Positions 1-11,500 of a DNA stretch of 64,000 nucleotides are shown here, piece by piece; the first letter of the stretch is position 1; the number at the start of each line of letters is the position of its first letter. The stretch lies in NCBI GenBank assembly GCA_013239625.1, contig MU053933.1, positions 3,029,817 to 3,093,816 on the forward strand, in the 5' to 3' direction. A model generated the notes under the pieces. That model saw only the letters and a program-made list of their open reading frames with translations. It did no database searches and was not told the origin of the DNA. Source of the stretch: Lama guanicoe. Lineage: Eukaryota. A program made the translations under genes and the position numbers.

Positions 1-269
1 TCACATACCGTGGTGGGAGGGAAGACGCTTTGCATCTTAAATACACAACAACTTACCAGGTGCCCCAACGATAATGTCTTGAACATTTCCTGTAATCTTG
101 GACCTTCTAGCCAAAACACCTTCCCTCTGATTTCTGCAATTCCAATGTCTTAAGACACACACAGTCTTTCTGAACTGGACAGCCCTGGGAGGAAGTTTCT
201 GTTTCCCCACCGTACACAGACAAAGAAAACTTGGTGACCTTTGTGTTTTTTCCTTTAACTGCTGGTTTT

Positions 270-2610
270 TAAAAAAACCAAACTTCTTTAGAACAGTTTT
301 AGATTCATGGAATCATAGTAAGGATAGTGCAGAGAATTCCTGTACACCTCACGCCCAGTTTAACATTTTACATTAGTTGGGTGCATTTGTCATAATTAAC
401 GGACCCATGTTGATTCGTTGTCATTTACTGAAGTCCATACTGTGGATTTCTTTGGTTTTTTCCCTGCTGTCCTTTTCCTGTCCCAGAATACATTTGTCAT
501 GTCTCTTCAGGCTCTTCTTGGCTGTGATTCTTTCTTAGATTTTCCTTGTTTGTTTGTTTTTTAAAATTCTAACTTTTTATTTATTTTTATCTTTTTAATG
601 GAGGTGCTGGGGATTGAACCCAGGACTTCATGCGTGCTAAGCACGTGCTCTACCACTGAGCTATACTCCGCCCGCAGACTTTCCTTGTTTGTGGTGGAGT
701 TTGGAGGAGTATTGGTTAAGTATTTTGTATAATGTTCCTCTGTTGGAATTTGTCTGATGATTAGATTGGAGGGTGTAGATTTTGGGAGGAAGACCACAGA
801 GGAGAGGGCCCTTCTCCTCATGGCCCGTCCAGGGTGCGCCGTCAGCACCACCGTCCCCACGACCTTCACCGCGGCTGCTGACCTTGGTCATCTGGCGTGG
901 GGGTGTCTGTGGGGTCTCTCCGCCGCATGGCTGTCCCCCACTGTCCCCTGGAAGGAGGTCGCCGTGCTGTGCACACCGGCACCCGAGGAGGGGGTCCGCC
1001 CCCCTCCCTGAGGACGGAGCAGCGGCTGAACCGACGTGGGTTCTCCTGGGAGCAGACTCCCTCGTCTCCCGGTTTGCTCGCCAGTTGTTTACTGAAGTCA
1101 GGTCGCACCCACGGGTGTTTATTTTCTACTTTGGCTTAGAGTCTTCTGCTACTTTCTTCATGCTTTTGCTCAGCTGTTCGAGCTTTGGCCGAGGGAGTCG
1201 TTCTGTGTCCCTGTGACGCCCTGACCACTGTGCCCGTGTGTTTGCTTGGTTTTGTGTTCAGATGCAGCTTTTCTTTCCGGGACTGCGAGATGCTCTAGGC
1301 TCATTTTGCGTGTGTCCTGCCCCGTCCGGGAAACCGGGAGCCTGGTGCCTTTCATCAGAAAAGGGTATGAGAGACTGATATCTGGGCACCGGTGCGCTTG
1401 TTGCTACTGAGGTATTGTTACTTCTAGGCCCTCTTGGCTGGCGGAGCTTGTAAATACCCTGGACAGAACCATCTGTATCTGTACTGAGCTAAACATCAGC
1501 TCGTGCTGACATTTCCAGCTCCAGTTCCCCCAGCATGGACCCTTCTAGCCTCCTCCCCTTCCTGACATGTAACCGCCCCCTTGAACACTGACATACCTGG
1601 CTCCCACCGTCCCATCCGTGACTGAATTGTTGGGTGCAGCACATGCACAGCAGTAGTAGAATTAGTAACTGTGTCCCTTGGGAAACAACTTTATCAACTA
1701 GAGTACAGCCTTGAGTACAGTTCCTTTTGCCTTTTCTCTCCTAGACTCCACTCATTTCCAGAGATGCTTACGTCAGCCCCTTACTCCCCACCCACTTCGG
1801 GGAGGTTTGCATTCGTAGTACAGTTAGTCTTTTGTCATAGTCCACATTCCATCTTGGATTCTCTTGACATCCTAAGTGGTTTTTCAGAATTGCATACATT
1901 TTTACTTTTCATGCTGTAAAGTTCGCTGGCTTTTGACAAATGCGTACTGTCTTGTGGTCATGTTTACAGCATGACATGTGATAGTTTCACGGCCTTAAAA
2001 AACTTCTGTGCATCACCTGTTCAGCACCTTCCCCGAGCTCCTGATAACCACTGATCTATTTGCCGTCTGTACGGATGTGCCTTTTCCAGAATGCCATACA
2101 GCTGAAATCGTGCAGTATGTAGCCTTTTCAGATTGGCTTCTTCCACTTAGCTATGTGTATTTAAGATTCATCTTTTTCTTTTTGTGGCTTAATAGTTCAT
2201 TTCTTTTTATTGCTGAATAATATTCCATCATGTTAATGTACTGTGGCTTGTTTATTTGTTCACCTATTCAAAGATATTTTGTGCTTCCAGTTTTGGGGGT
2301 TATGAATAAAGCTGCTATAAACATTTGTGTGCAGGTTTTTGTTTGGACATTAAGTTTTCAACCTATTGAGCAAATACCAGGGAGCACGATTGCTGAGTCA
2401 TGTGGTAACTGTGTTTAGTTTCATGAGAAACTTCCAAACCGTCATCCAAAGTGGCTGCTATTTTCACTCCCACTAGAAATGAATGAGTGATTTCCTGCTT
2501 TTCTGCATCCTTGCCAGCATTTGGTATTGTTGGTTTTTTAAGATTTTTAACAATTCTAATAGGTATAATAATAAAAATTTATTATTTTAATTTGTGATTC
2601 CCTAAGTTCC
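270..2610 (-). mobile_element. Old L1 (L1MC/L1MD-like) 3' region, interrupted by a SINE
   Basis: Typical antisense L1M 3' motifs: 'ttttagaacagttttagattca', 'tttactgaagtccatac', 'gtatgtagccttttcagattggcttcttccacttag', 'aataaagctgctataaacatttgtgtgcaggttttt', 'ccttgccagcatttggtattg'. Boundaries approximate. Confidence 0.85.
554..675 (-). mobile_element. tRNA-Ala(AGC)-derived SINE (camelid vic-1-like) with A-rich tail and target-site duplication
   Basis: The minus strand reads GGGCGGAGTATAGCTCAGTGGTAGAGCACGTGCTTAGCACGCATGAAGTCCTGGGTTCAATCCCCAGCACCTCCA followed by an A-rich tail. It has a Pol III A box (TAGCTCAGTGG) and B box (GGTTCAATCC). The 17-bp TSD is agattttccttgtttgt (537-553) / agactttccttgtttgt (676-692), with 1 mismatch. 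Confidence 0.93.
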
Positions 2611-2688
2611 CCAGATTTGCAGTTATGCTGTGTTTTTCACTTGGTGAGCCAGTGTGGAAGACACACTGTCTCGTACCTCTTTCAAATA

Positions 2689-3632
2689 CAGTGAGTCCTG
2701 CTATCTGAAGTTTTGCTTATCAATTTCAGTTACCTAGGGTTGAAAACTATTGAATGGAAAATTCCAGAAATCAATAATTCATAAGTTTGTGAATGTGTGT
2801 AGTGTGATGAAATCTTGCACCACCCACTCCATCCTGCCTGGGACACGAGTCACCCTTTTGTCCAGTGTGCCCCACCCACCAGTCACTTAGTAGACCTCTC
2901 TGTTATCAGATGGACTGTCCCAGCATCCCACTGCTTGTGTTCAGATGACCCTTATTTTAACTGGTCCTAGCCCCAAAGTGCAAGCAAGAGAAGCGATGCT
3001 GGCAGCTCAGCTCTGCCAGAGAGATGCTGCACAGTGCTTCCTGTAAGTAAAAAGGTGAAAGCTCTTGACTTAATGAGGAAAGAAAAAATGGTATGCTGAG
3101 GTTGCTAAGGTCTACGGTAAGAATGAATCTTCTGTCTGTGAAATTGTGAAGAAGGAAAAAGAAACTCGTGCTAGTTTTGCTGTCGCACCTCAAACTGCAA
3201 AAGTTGTGGCCACGGTGCATAATAAGTACTTAGTTAAGATGGAAAAGGCATTAGATTTGTGGGTTAAGGACAAGAATAGAGGATGTGTTCCGATGGCACA
3301 TTGATGGCAACGTGTTGGGCCAGAAGGCACGGCTCCTGTACGAAGTCTTCAGCAAGGGGTCCCCCAAAGTGAGTGACACCAGCCACTTGCTGCAGGTGAA
3401 GGGTGCTTCCGCAGATTCAGGAATAGGTTTGGACCAAAAAATATAAAAATTACTGGAGAGGCTATTAGTTACTACTGTTAATCTCTTCCTGGGACTAATT
3501 TATAAATTAAATTTTATCATAGGTGCATACGTACAGGAGAAAACAGTGCACAAAGGATTCTGTACTGTTCACGGTTTCAGGCGTCCACAGCGGTCCTGGA
3601 ACGTGTCTACCGTGGATGAGGGGGTATGACTG
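2689..3632 (+). mobile_element. Tigger7/MER44-type DNA transposon, internally deleted, retaining the degenerate N-terminal transposase (CENP-B/psq HTH) region
   Basis: Begins TA|cagtgagtcc and ends ...gtggatgagggggtatgactg. Body motifs 'gaatggaaaattccagaaat', 'agtcacttagtag', 'aaaggtgaaagctcttgacttaatgaggaaagaaaaaa', 'gctgtcgcacctcaaactgcaaaagtt' and 'ttagttaagatggaaaaggcatta' match the recalled MER44/Tigger7 consensus. Confidence 0.9.
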
Positions 3633-3820
3633 TGCACTCTGACTTTTCCAAATGATTCGTTTCCAAGTCTCCCACTGACAGCGTGAACATAGGTTTGTGG
3701 CTGACGTCTTACTAGCTTGAGCTGTTTTCAAGATCCACATTTGTATCCTGATCATGACAGCACGTTGTTGGCGAGGGCTGCTTCTGTGTAATTCATGTTG
3801 AAATAGTGCTGCCTCTGCAG

Positions 3821-3974
3821 TGAGATGCGCAGGTCACCTGCTCGCACCACATGGGAGTTTTGGGACGAATGTATTATCTGGACTTTAGGAAATGACTCCA
3901 GTAGTGATATAATCCTAGATTTCAACAAGCCACCGCTGATCAGAAGTTGTCCTTGGCATCCTGTTATCTTTCAG
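3821..3974 (+). other. Candidate exon or recursive splice junction (weak)
   Basis: Acceptor gcctctgcag at 3811-3820 and a strong donor CAG|GTAAGG at 3974/3975. The donor is itself preceded by a pyrimidine tract. The encoded peptide is not recognised. Confidence 0.25.
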
Positions 3975-4899
3975 GTAAGGTCCCAGCCTGTGAGCCCCGG
4001 CGCCACATGTCCTGGGTCCTCTGGCTTTGGCTGCACCTGTCTGTCCTGCTGAGCCCACCCCTTTTCCCATTCACTTAGTTTCTGTTCCAGACACCCGGGG
4101 CAGAGCCCTGACCTTGTCCTTGCTTTGCCTCTGTCAGGACTGCCCGTCTAAACTGCGGGTCCAGTGCTGCCCCCGTGGCCTGGCACAGCACGCTGGGTCA
4201 TCCCTGCGGCCCTCCTCATTCCCCCTTGGGAGGACGGCAGCCCACTGCTTGTGACCGCAGCACGGTGGGGGCAGCGTTGCCCCCCTTGCATCATGGCTGT
4301 CGGTCCACGTGTCCCTCCTCTAACGTGGGGCTCTGTGCATCCTCTCCCCTGCACAACTGGGCTCCTCGAGGCTGTGCCCACCTTGCTGGCCGCTGCTCTG
4401 GGGCACAGGGCTGCAGGACCTTCTTGGGGGTGAGGGTGTGCATTAGCTGGTCTGTGGGCCCTTAGAGACGACAGTGACAACAAGAATTGACACCAAAGAC
4501 GTGCAGCCACGTGACTTCTGACCCCCAACGCACCTGCACAAGGTGACTGAAGCACCTGCACCATCTTACCCAGGCTTCTACAGTGCGCGCAGGCCGAGGT
4601 GTCCCCTGAGTCACATGCAGGTGGCTTTCTGCACGATCTTCACGATCTTTCTCTGATTCCAGTGACTCCTAGCAAGTCCGCTGTCGGGGCTCTGCCAAGA
4701 TTTCTCCTTTCTTCCTTTGCGTGTTGTGTTCTCTTCCTTGTTGGCATGGGGAAGGGGACCTGTTCCCAGGACAGCTGAGGGGAAGGGGGGACGTGCCCAG
4801 AGCTGCGTGGTTAAACTCCAGTTGTGTTGGGACTTGGTCTCAGTTCTGGGGCGGGGAGGATGTCAGTGTTTCGAGTTTAGCCATCTTGCTTTTCTTTTC

Positions 4900-5270
4900 C
4901 TCTGGAGGCTGGTGGCCTCCCCACCCTGTAGAGAATATGCTGCCTTCACTCGTGTGTTTGACTCTCCCATGTGGCTCCTCTTCCCTCACTCCTTCGGGTT
5001 TGGGGGGACCTTACCCACTCTCTGTTCTGACGACTCCCACCTGGGTTTCCCCCGTCGACCTTGGACGAACTTGTCTTTTGTCCGTTTGACGTCTCCACCT
5101 TCAAGGCCAACAAGCATCTCAGACTTAACGTGTTCAGGACCGAACTCCTGAACTTTCCCCTCAGCCCCACTGTCTAGCTGCTTCCACCAAAGCCTTGGAG
5201 CCACCCTGATTGCACCTCTTATCTCAAAGCCGACATTCAGCCCTCCAGGAAATCCGGTGCTTCAGGGCAC
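4900..5270 (+). mobile_element. L2 LINE fragment
   Basis: L2 motifs 'ctgacgactcccac', 'ttgacgtctccac', 'gcatctcagacttaacgtgttcaggaccgaactcctga' and 'aagccttggagccaccctga'. Confidence 0.75.
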
Positions 5271-5299
5271 CCAGCGACTTGATGAGGACGTGAGGCTCC

Positions 5300-6880
5300 T
5301 GAGGTTGGAGTTAAATGGTACAATACAAAGTCCACTCAAGTGCTTTTAATAATGTCATCTGTGGGAGAGTTTGATCATTTATATAAAGTAAATATACTAG
5401 GCAGTTAAAACTGGTATAGCTCTGTTACAGTCAGATGAATGCATGAAAAGACAAAAAGCTTTTTAATATGAAATGTAGTTTATGATGATAAAAGAAAATA
5501 ATCGTGATAGAGTACAACGGCCTGAACTTACACATGTGTGATAACTGCACCTCAGGATGTACAGAAAAATGGGCTGCTTTACACGGTGAAGTTTGATAAC
5601 TCTGCAGTCGTAGGGCTGCTTTGATGTTCCTTTCTCAGGAACGGACACGTCAGACACAAATATGTAAATACAAGTGTGCAAGATTGGAACAAGCTCCACC
5701 CCTGGGTCATACTAAGATAAGCACCCATTAGAGAGGATATGAGCTCTCAGTGCATGTGAAACATTTTTAAAATTGTGACCAAATGAGTCTCATCTCAGAT
5801 GCTTTCAGACCATGTTCTCTGACCAAATGAAGCTAAGGCAGATTTCAATTATAAGATCACAAAGAATGAAAGTTTGTATGCTTGACATTTAAGAAGCACT
5901 GCAAGGCGTTCCAGTGAGGCTGACGTGGCGGGGGCACCAGGCTGACCGCAGGCGGGCCGGGGCCTCGGCGCACAGCGCTGGGGGAGTGTGTCCTGGGAGT
6001 TGTGCGCCTGAAAAGAATAAAGGCTCCAAACTGACCAAGTAAGTGTCCAAATTAAGAAGCTAGGACAGCAAAGGAGAGCAGCAGGGAGCGGAAGGGAATT
6101 ACGGCATTAAGAACAAATTTGTAAAGTGGGAAACAAAGAAAAATGTAAGTAATAAAGTAAAAAACTGGTTCTTTTGAAGAAAAACCAAAATTTCAAACCC
6201 TTGGCAGGATTGATAAAACAATAAAAAGAAAAGGCATAACTAAACAGTATTTGCTGTATCTTGTTCCCGGTGTGAATGATCAGTATTTAACAGGGCGTCT
6301 GTCAGTTAGCTACAGAGCAGGTCCTGACGGGGCTCCTCACGGATTCTGAAATGCTGACTCTAAGATATGGGTGGAGGAGTAAGGCACCAAAATCCTGACG
6401 ACCTTCAGGAAAAAGCAGAGGGACTTACCTTTTCAGATGTTAATGCTCCTTATAAAGGTGTGCTGTTTAGGGTTTTCATTATTAGATTGGAGTAAGCGAA
6501 TATGACAGTGCAACAGAGTTAGGGAACACACTTACCCTGCTCACACCCCCCACACCCACCCGCCTCCCTATACTGTCCATATACCCACCCACACTCCCCA
6601 CCCCCCTCCCCCACAACCCCACACCCGAAGGAATTCACAGTGTGGGAGGATGCAGCACAAGTCCATGGCGAACGATGGCTCTTTTAGAAAATGTTGCTGG
6701 GATAACCTTCTACCCGTGTGGTAAATAAAGGTCAAATTAGATCCATAACTCATGCTTCATATATGAGACTGAATTCTAGACGGAATAAAATTCTGAGTGT
6801 GAAAAGGAAGACTAAAATTTATGGAAGACAGAAGACTGTCTTTGGCATCTGGACATAGCTAGAAAGATAATGCTAAAGCT
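5300..6880 (+). mobile_element. Highly diverged old L1 ORF2 remnants
   Basis: A-rich sense L1 motifs 'atgatgataaaagaaaata', 'cagaccatgttctctgacca', 'aaactggttcttttgaagaaaaa', 'ggacttaccttttcagatgttaa', 'aaatgttgctgggataac' and 'aaattagatccataactcatgc'. Confidence 0.7.
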
Positions 6881-7330
6881 GATGACAAAGGGTTCACTGC
6901 CTATGTTTTCTTCTAGAAGTTTTATGGTTTCAGGTCTTACATTCAAGCCTTTAATCAATTTCTAGTTGGTTTTTGTGACTGGGGTGAGATGTGGCCTGGT
7001 TTCACTTATTTGCATGTGATTGTCCAGTTTTCCCAACCCCGTTTATTAAAGAGACTATCCTATTCCATTCTATGTTCTCCTTCATCATAAATCAGTTGTC
7101 CATCTAATTTGTTTGTTTTTTAATGCAACAACTTTTGTTGTTGCATTTAAAAAACTATTTACTAATGCAAGGTTTTTGTATTCATGTTTTCTTCTAAGAG
7201 TTTTACAGATATAGTTCTTACATTTAGATCTTTAAGCCATTTTGAATTAATTTTTGTATCTGGTATGAAGTAGGGTTCCAAATTTTTTCTTTTGCATGTA
7301 GATGCTCAGTTGTCCCAACACCCTTTGTTG

Positions 7331-7386
7331 AAATGTATAGTCTTTCTTCATTAAGTTGAAATGTATAGTCTTTCTTCATTAAGTTG
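7331..7386. repeat. Perfect 28-bp tandem duplication
   Basis: aaatgtatagtctttcttcattaagttg occurs at 7331-7358 and 7359-7386, preceded by gttg microhomology. Confidence 0.95.
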
Positions 7387-7406
7387 TCAAAAACCAATGG
7401 ACTGTA

Positions 7407-7626
7407 GGGTGGGAAGAGAGAGACTGGGATTTCAAACTGTAGAATACATAAACAAGATTATACTGTATAGCACAGGGAAATATATACAAGATCTTATGAT
7501 AGCTCACAGAGAAAAAAATGTGACAATGAATGTATATATGTTCATGTATAACTGAAAAATTGTGCTCTACACTGGAATTTGACACAACATTGTAAAATGA
7601 TTATAAATCAATAAAAAATGTTAAAA
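7407..7626 (+). mobile_element. Young, 5'-truncated camelid-type L1 3' end with 18-bp TSD
   Basis: L1 3' UTR ('ataaacaagattatactgtatagcacagggaaatatatacaagatc', 'acaacattgtaaaatgattataaatcaataaaaaatgttaaaa'). Perfect TSD aaaaaccaatggactgta at 7389-7406 and 7627-7644. Confidence 0.93.
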
Positions 7627-7822
7627 AAAAACCAATGGACTGTAAATGTAGGGGTTTATTTCCAGATTCTTAATTCTCTTCCATTGCAATGTCTCTCCAT
7701 ATATCATTTATACTATATCAGCTCTGTCTACATCTATCCCTAGTCAGATTTTCTATTTCTTCTTGAATCAGTTTGTATAGTTTATATTTGTTTTTAGGGA
7801 TTTTTTCATCTGGTTTATCTAA

Positions 7823-8570
7823 CTTCTTTTTTAAATATAATTTTAATTTTAATTTTTTAATTGAAGTAGAGTCAGTTACAATGTGTCGATTTCTGGTGTA
7901 CAGCACAGTGTCCCAGTCATACATATACATGTATATATTCATTTTCATATTCTTTTTCATTAAAGATTATTACAAGATATTGAATATAATTCCCTGTTCT
8001 ATACAGAAGAAATTTGTTTTTTAATCTATTTTTATATATAGTGGCTAACATTTGCAAATCTCAAACTCCCAAATTTATCCCTTTCCATCCCTTTGCCCCA
8101 GGAACCATAAGATATAAGTAGCTCATACAATTAAATAACAACAACAGCAAAACAACCCAATCCAAAAATGGGCAGAAGACCGAAACTAGAAATTCTCCAG
8201 TGAAGACATACAGATGGTCAATAGGCACATGAAAAAATGCTCTAATTATCAGAGTAATGCAAATCAGAACTACAATGAGGTATCACCTCACACCAGTCAG
8301 AATGGCCATCCAAAAGTCCATGAATGATAAATCCTGGAGAGGGTGTGGAAAAAAGGGAACCCTCCTACACTGCTGGTGGAAATGTGGTTTGGTGTAGCCG
8401 TCAAGGAAAACAGTATGGAGATTCCTCAAAAAACTGAAAACAGACTTACCATATGATCCAGCAATCCCACCTCTGGGCATATATCCAGAGGGAACTCTAA
8501 TTCAAAAAGACACCTGCACCCCAGTGTTCACAGCAGCATTATTTACAATAGCCAAGACATGGGAGCAACC
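7823..8570 (-). mobile_element. L1 with 5' inversion (twin-priming structure)
   Basis: 7823-8110 is an antisense L1 3' UTR with a T-rich tail. 8111-8570 is the sense ORF2 C-terminus ('aaaaatgggcagaagac', 'cacctcacaccagtcagaatggcc', 'catatgatccagcaatcccac', 'tttacaatagccaagacatgg'). Confidence 0.85.
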
Positions 8571-11500
8571 TTTGGTAGCAAGATGTTCTAGAACACTGAA
8601 GAAACCGGAGCAGGGGTATTCATTCTGAAAGTGGCAAATAGCTCAGCAGATCCAAGGAGAGAATCTAGAGCCCGGCTTGTGAGAGGGCAGATCAGTGTGT
8701 GAGAAGCCTGGACAGGAGAATGCAGGGAGTAGGGCAGATTTGTGTGACTTGCTCAGATGTATGTGGCTAACCATTCACAGTTTCTTGCCCTGCGAAAGGA
8801 TCGGTCTTGCCTCAGAATCGAGGATGTGCAGCTGAGCCTTGGCGGGGGGGCGAGCTTTGCCGTGGATGTGGGTGACTCATGGACAGCTGTGGTGTGTCTG
8901 CAGCAGAGGGGAGGAGCACAGATGTTCCCACAGTGGCCAGAGGTGGCATCACAAGGAAAGACAGCTGAGGAACTGACCGAGAGGGTAAGAAAAGCAGAAA
9001 ATGTGGGTGAATATCTTTGGGATGACTTCTCCAGTAATAACATCAAACCTGGAAACTAAAAGAATGCCAGACTTCAGAACTTTTGTAGGCCAGATCGCCA
9101 CGTACCAAGTTCAAAGGCCAGTAAGTGGAGTGGACACGTGTGATAACCAGTGGTTAGTAGCGAGCGCGTCCCCAGAGCCCACGGAAGGTGAGGGAGGCGG
9201 TAGGGACGCTGGGGCCTCTGACATCGACGAGGCTTTTCCACCTGAAGAGGAACACTTGCTGCTGTTTATACTTTATTAAGGGCTCAGTATGTTAAATATA
9301 TGATAATAGCTTTATTTTGGAAGCATTTATAATCTGTCTCATTTTATTTTAAAAAATACATAGGTGCATGTTACCATGAGAAACTACCAGAAGAAAACAC
9401 ACTCTGCTGCTACCAGTGCTTCTGTCTGGGAACTGGAGGTGCTTTTAAATATACTTCTTGCACTTTTCTGCCTTTTCTGAACTTTCTGCACGGAGAGCAA
9501 GCATGTGTTTTGCAGGAATGTACATTTGCTGTTGTAAAGAACAGGACTGGGCACTTGGCCTCTGTCCCGACCAGGACCCGCTGTCACAAGGCAGCCAGCT
9601 CCGAGGAGGGCAGGGCAGAGCCTGACTGAAATGCTTGTGTTTGGGGAGTTGTCTGGAAAGTCTGGAAGATGCATTTTAGTCAACTTCGATACCCTGGTGA
9701 GAGTTCCCATGTCTGATTCTGGTCATCAGAGTGACCAACTCAGAACACTAAGAAAGTAAAAATAATGAAGTTTAAAGTTTTAATTTAGGAAGTCCATGTA
9801 CTGAGATTGAAACAAAGTCCTGTTATAAATGATTACACGTGGATAGTGAAAAAGTCCACCGACATAACTTAAAAAGACTGAAATACGTATGTGTGTGTCT
9901 GTATTTGCACACGTGGAGTATGGTCTATCTTAAATAGGAAAACAAAACAAAATTACCCCATCCCAGGACTTGAGTGGGTGCTGTGAGCATGACACTGAGC
10001 TGCTGAGCAGAGGAAATCCGCGTCAGGCGTGCGGATGGGCAAGCGCCTGCTCTCCTAGGCCAGGGAGCACGCCCGGCCCGGCGTGCAGGGCAGTGCTGGG
10101 CAATGCTGGGCGGAGGTCAGGCGAGGGTCTCTCAGGGTCTTGGCCTCTGCGTTCTTTGAAGACCATGTCACCACCATGCATTGGCCTCAGGCTGCTATGT
10201 TTTGAGGTGGAGGAGTAAAAAGGTCCAACCCCCTGGCCGCCTTCTTCTCCTTTCTGCTGGGACTATCACCAAGAGTGTAATTACTTAGGAACAGTAATTA
10301 CATCGATGGATTCTGGGATGGAGTCAAGCGGACTCATCCTTGCCTGTCCTCCCCCAGAAGCTCTTGTAAACCCTAGTTACCCCAACTTCTTGTTGGCACT
10401 GCAGGGCTCTGCATTTGCTCGGTTGGAGGGGTGAGTTAATGAGACACTCCTTCCCCCAGATCTGGGGAAATTGTGTCCTCTTGAAGTCAGACCTTTGCTC
10501 TGGCCTGTTTAGTTTTAGGTAAAAGCAGTGGCATTTGCTCTTCTTCCTTTGTTGAGATCTGTTGTAGAGTGAGCTCCCACTTAGCAGAAATGGGAACCTG
10601 GAGCAGATTCCTAGGATCTGTAGCTCCAAGTGTGTCCTGCTGTGAAGTCACTGTTACCCCAGTCATCATTAAGGGGTCTTGGGAGGTGGCAGGCCCGTGG
10701 CCACTGCCCCCACTCTCTCCTGATCTCTGCTCGCTCATCCTCTCCTCACTGGAGCCGCTGGAGCCAAGGCTCCAGGTCAGGGAGCCTGCGGGGTCCCCAC
10801 CCTGCCCCTGCCAAGCGAGGTGGGACAGCTGGGTGTCTCCCTGTATACATCACGATGGGCCCTGCCGTGCCACATAACATGGACACTGAAACTGATGTGA
10901 AATGTGTAAGTGGGAGGGTGGCCAATGGCGCAGATGTGCGCATGTGTGTGTGTTGGGGGGGCCCAGAGTCAAGGTGGGGGCCTCAGTGGAATCTAGTGAA
11001 GGCCCTCCCTCCCTGCGCTGCGGGCTGTCAGCTCTCAGGCTGCTGGGCTGGGCAGGCAGCTCTGCTCTGAGGGGGCAGTAGGAGGACGAAGCCACCCCTT
11101 CTGCTCCTGGTACACGTTCTGATGGGAACACTAAGATTCCAAGAAAGTCCTCTCCGCCTAAAATTTGGGAAATTACAAGCAGTAGCTCAAATAAGAGTGA
11201 GATTGTTATTTGTGTCTGTGGCTAAATCTGAAAACGGAATAAAAGTTTGCTTGTTAATTGTGCCTCATTTCTAGTCTGTGCTTTTAAGATGTCTTTCTAA
11301 TGGTAAAATCTGCCGTGGGTGTGCAGTCACGTGCACAATGCTGGGGTGTCGTGTTCAGACCGCTGAGGGTGCGGGAGCCTGGGCTCACGCGGCCCCCGTG
11401 CGGTCCACGGCAGCTTCCACCTGCTTCCACCTGGGCCGTGTGAGCACCCGCAGCGCCCGAGCCCTGAGCGGAGGAGCACGCCTCGTCACACGCATCCTCA

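Larger units (their letters stand above)
6890..7820 (-). mobile_element. L1 ORF2 fragments (antisense), host to a younger L1 insertion
   Basis: 'gttttcttctagaagttttatggtttcaggtcttacatt', 'tgtccagttttcccaac', 'tttgcatgtagatgctcagttgtcccaacaccctttgttgaa' and 'tttctatttcttcttgaatcagttt'. Confidence 0.8.

Noticed and set aside
599..673. tRNA-Ala gene
   Set aside because: The acceptor stem is imperfect, there is an A-rich tail instead of a T-run terminator, and flanking TSDs show it is a retroposed SINE.
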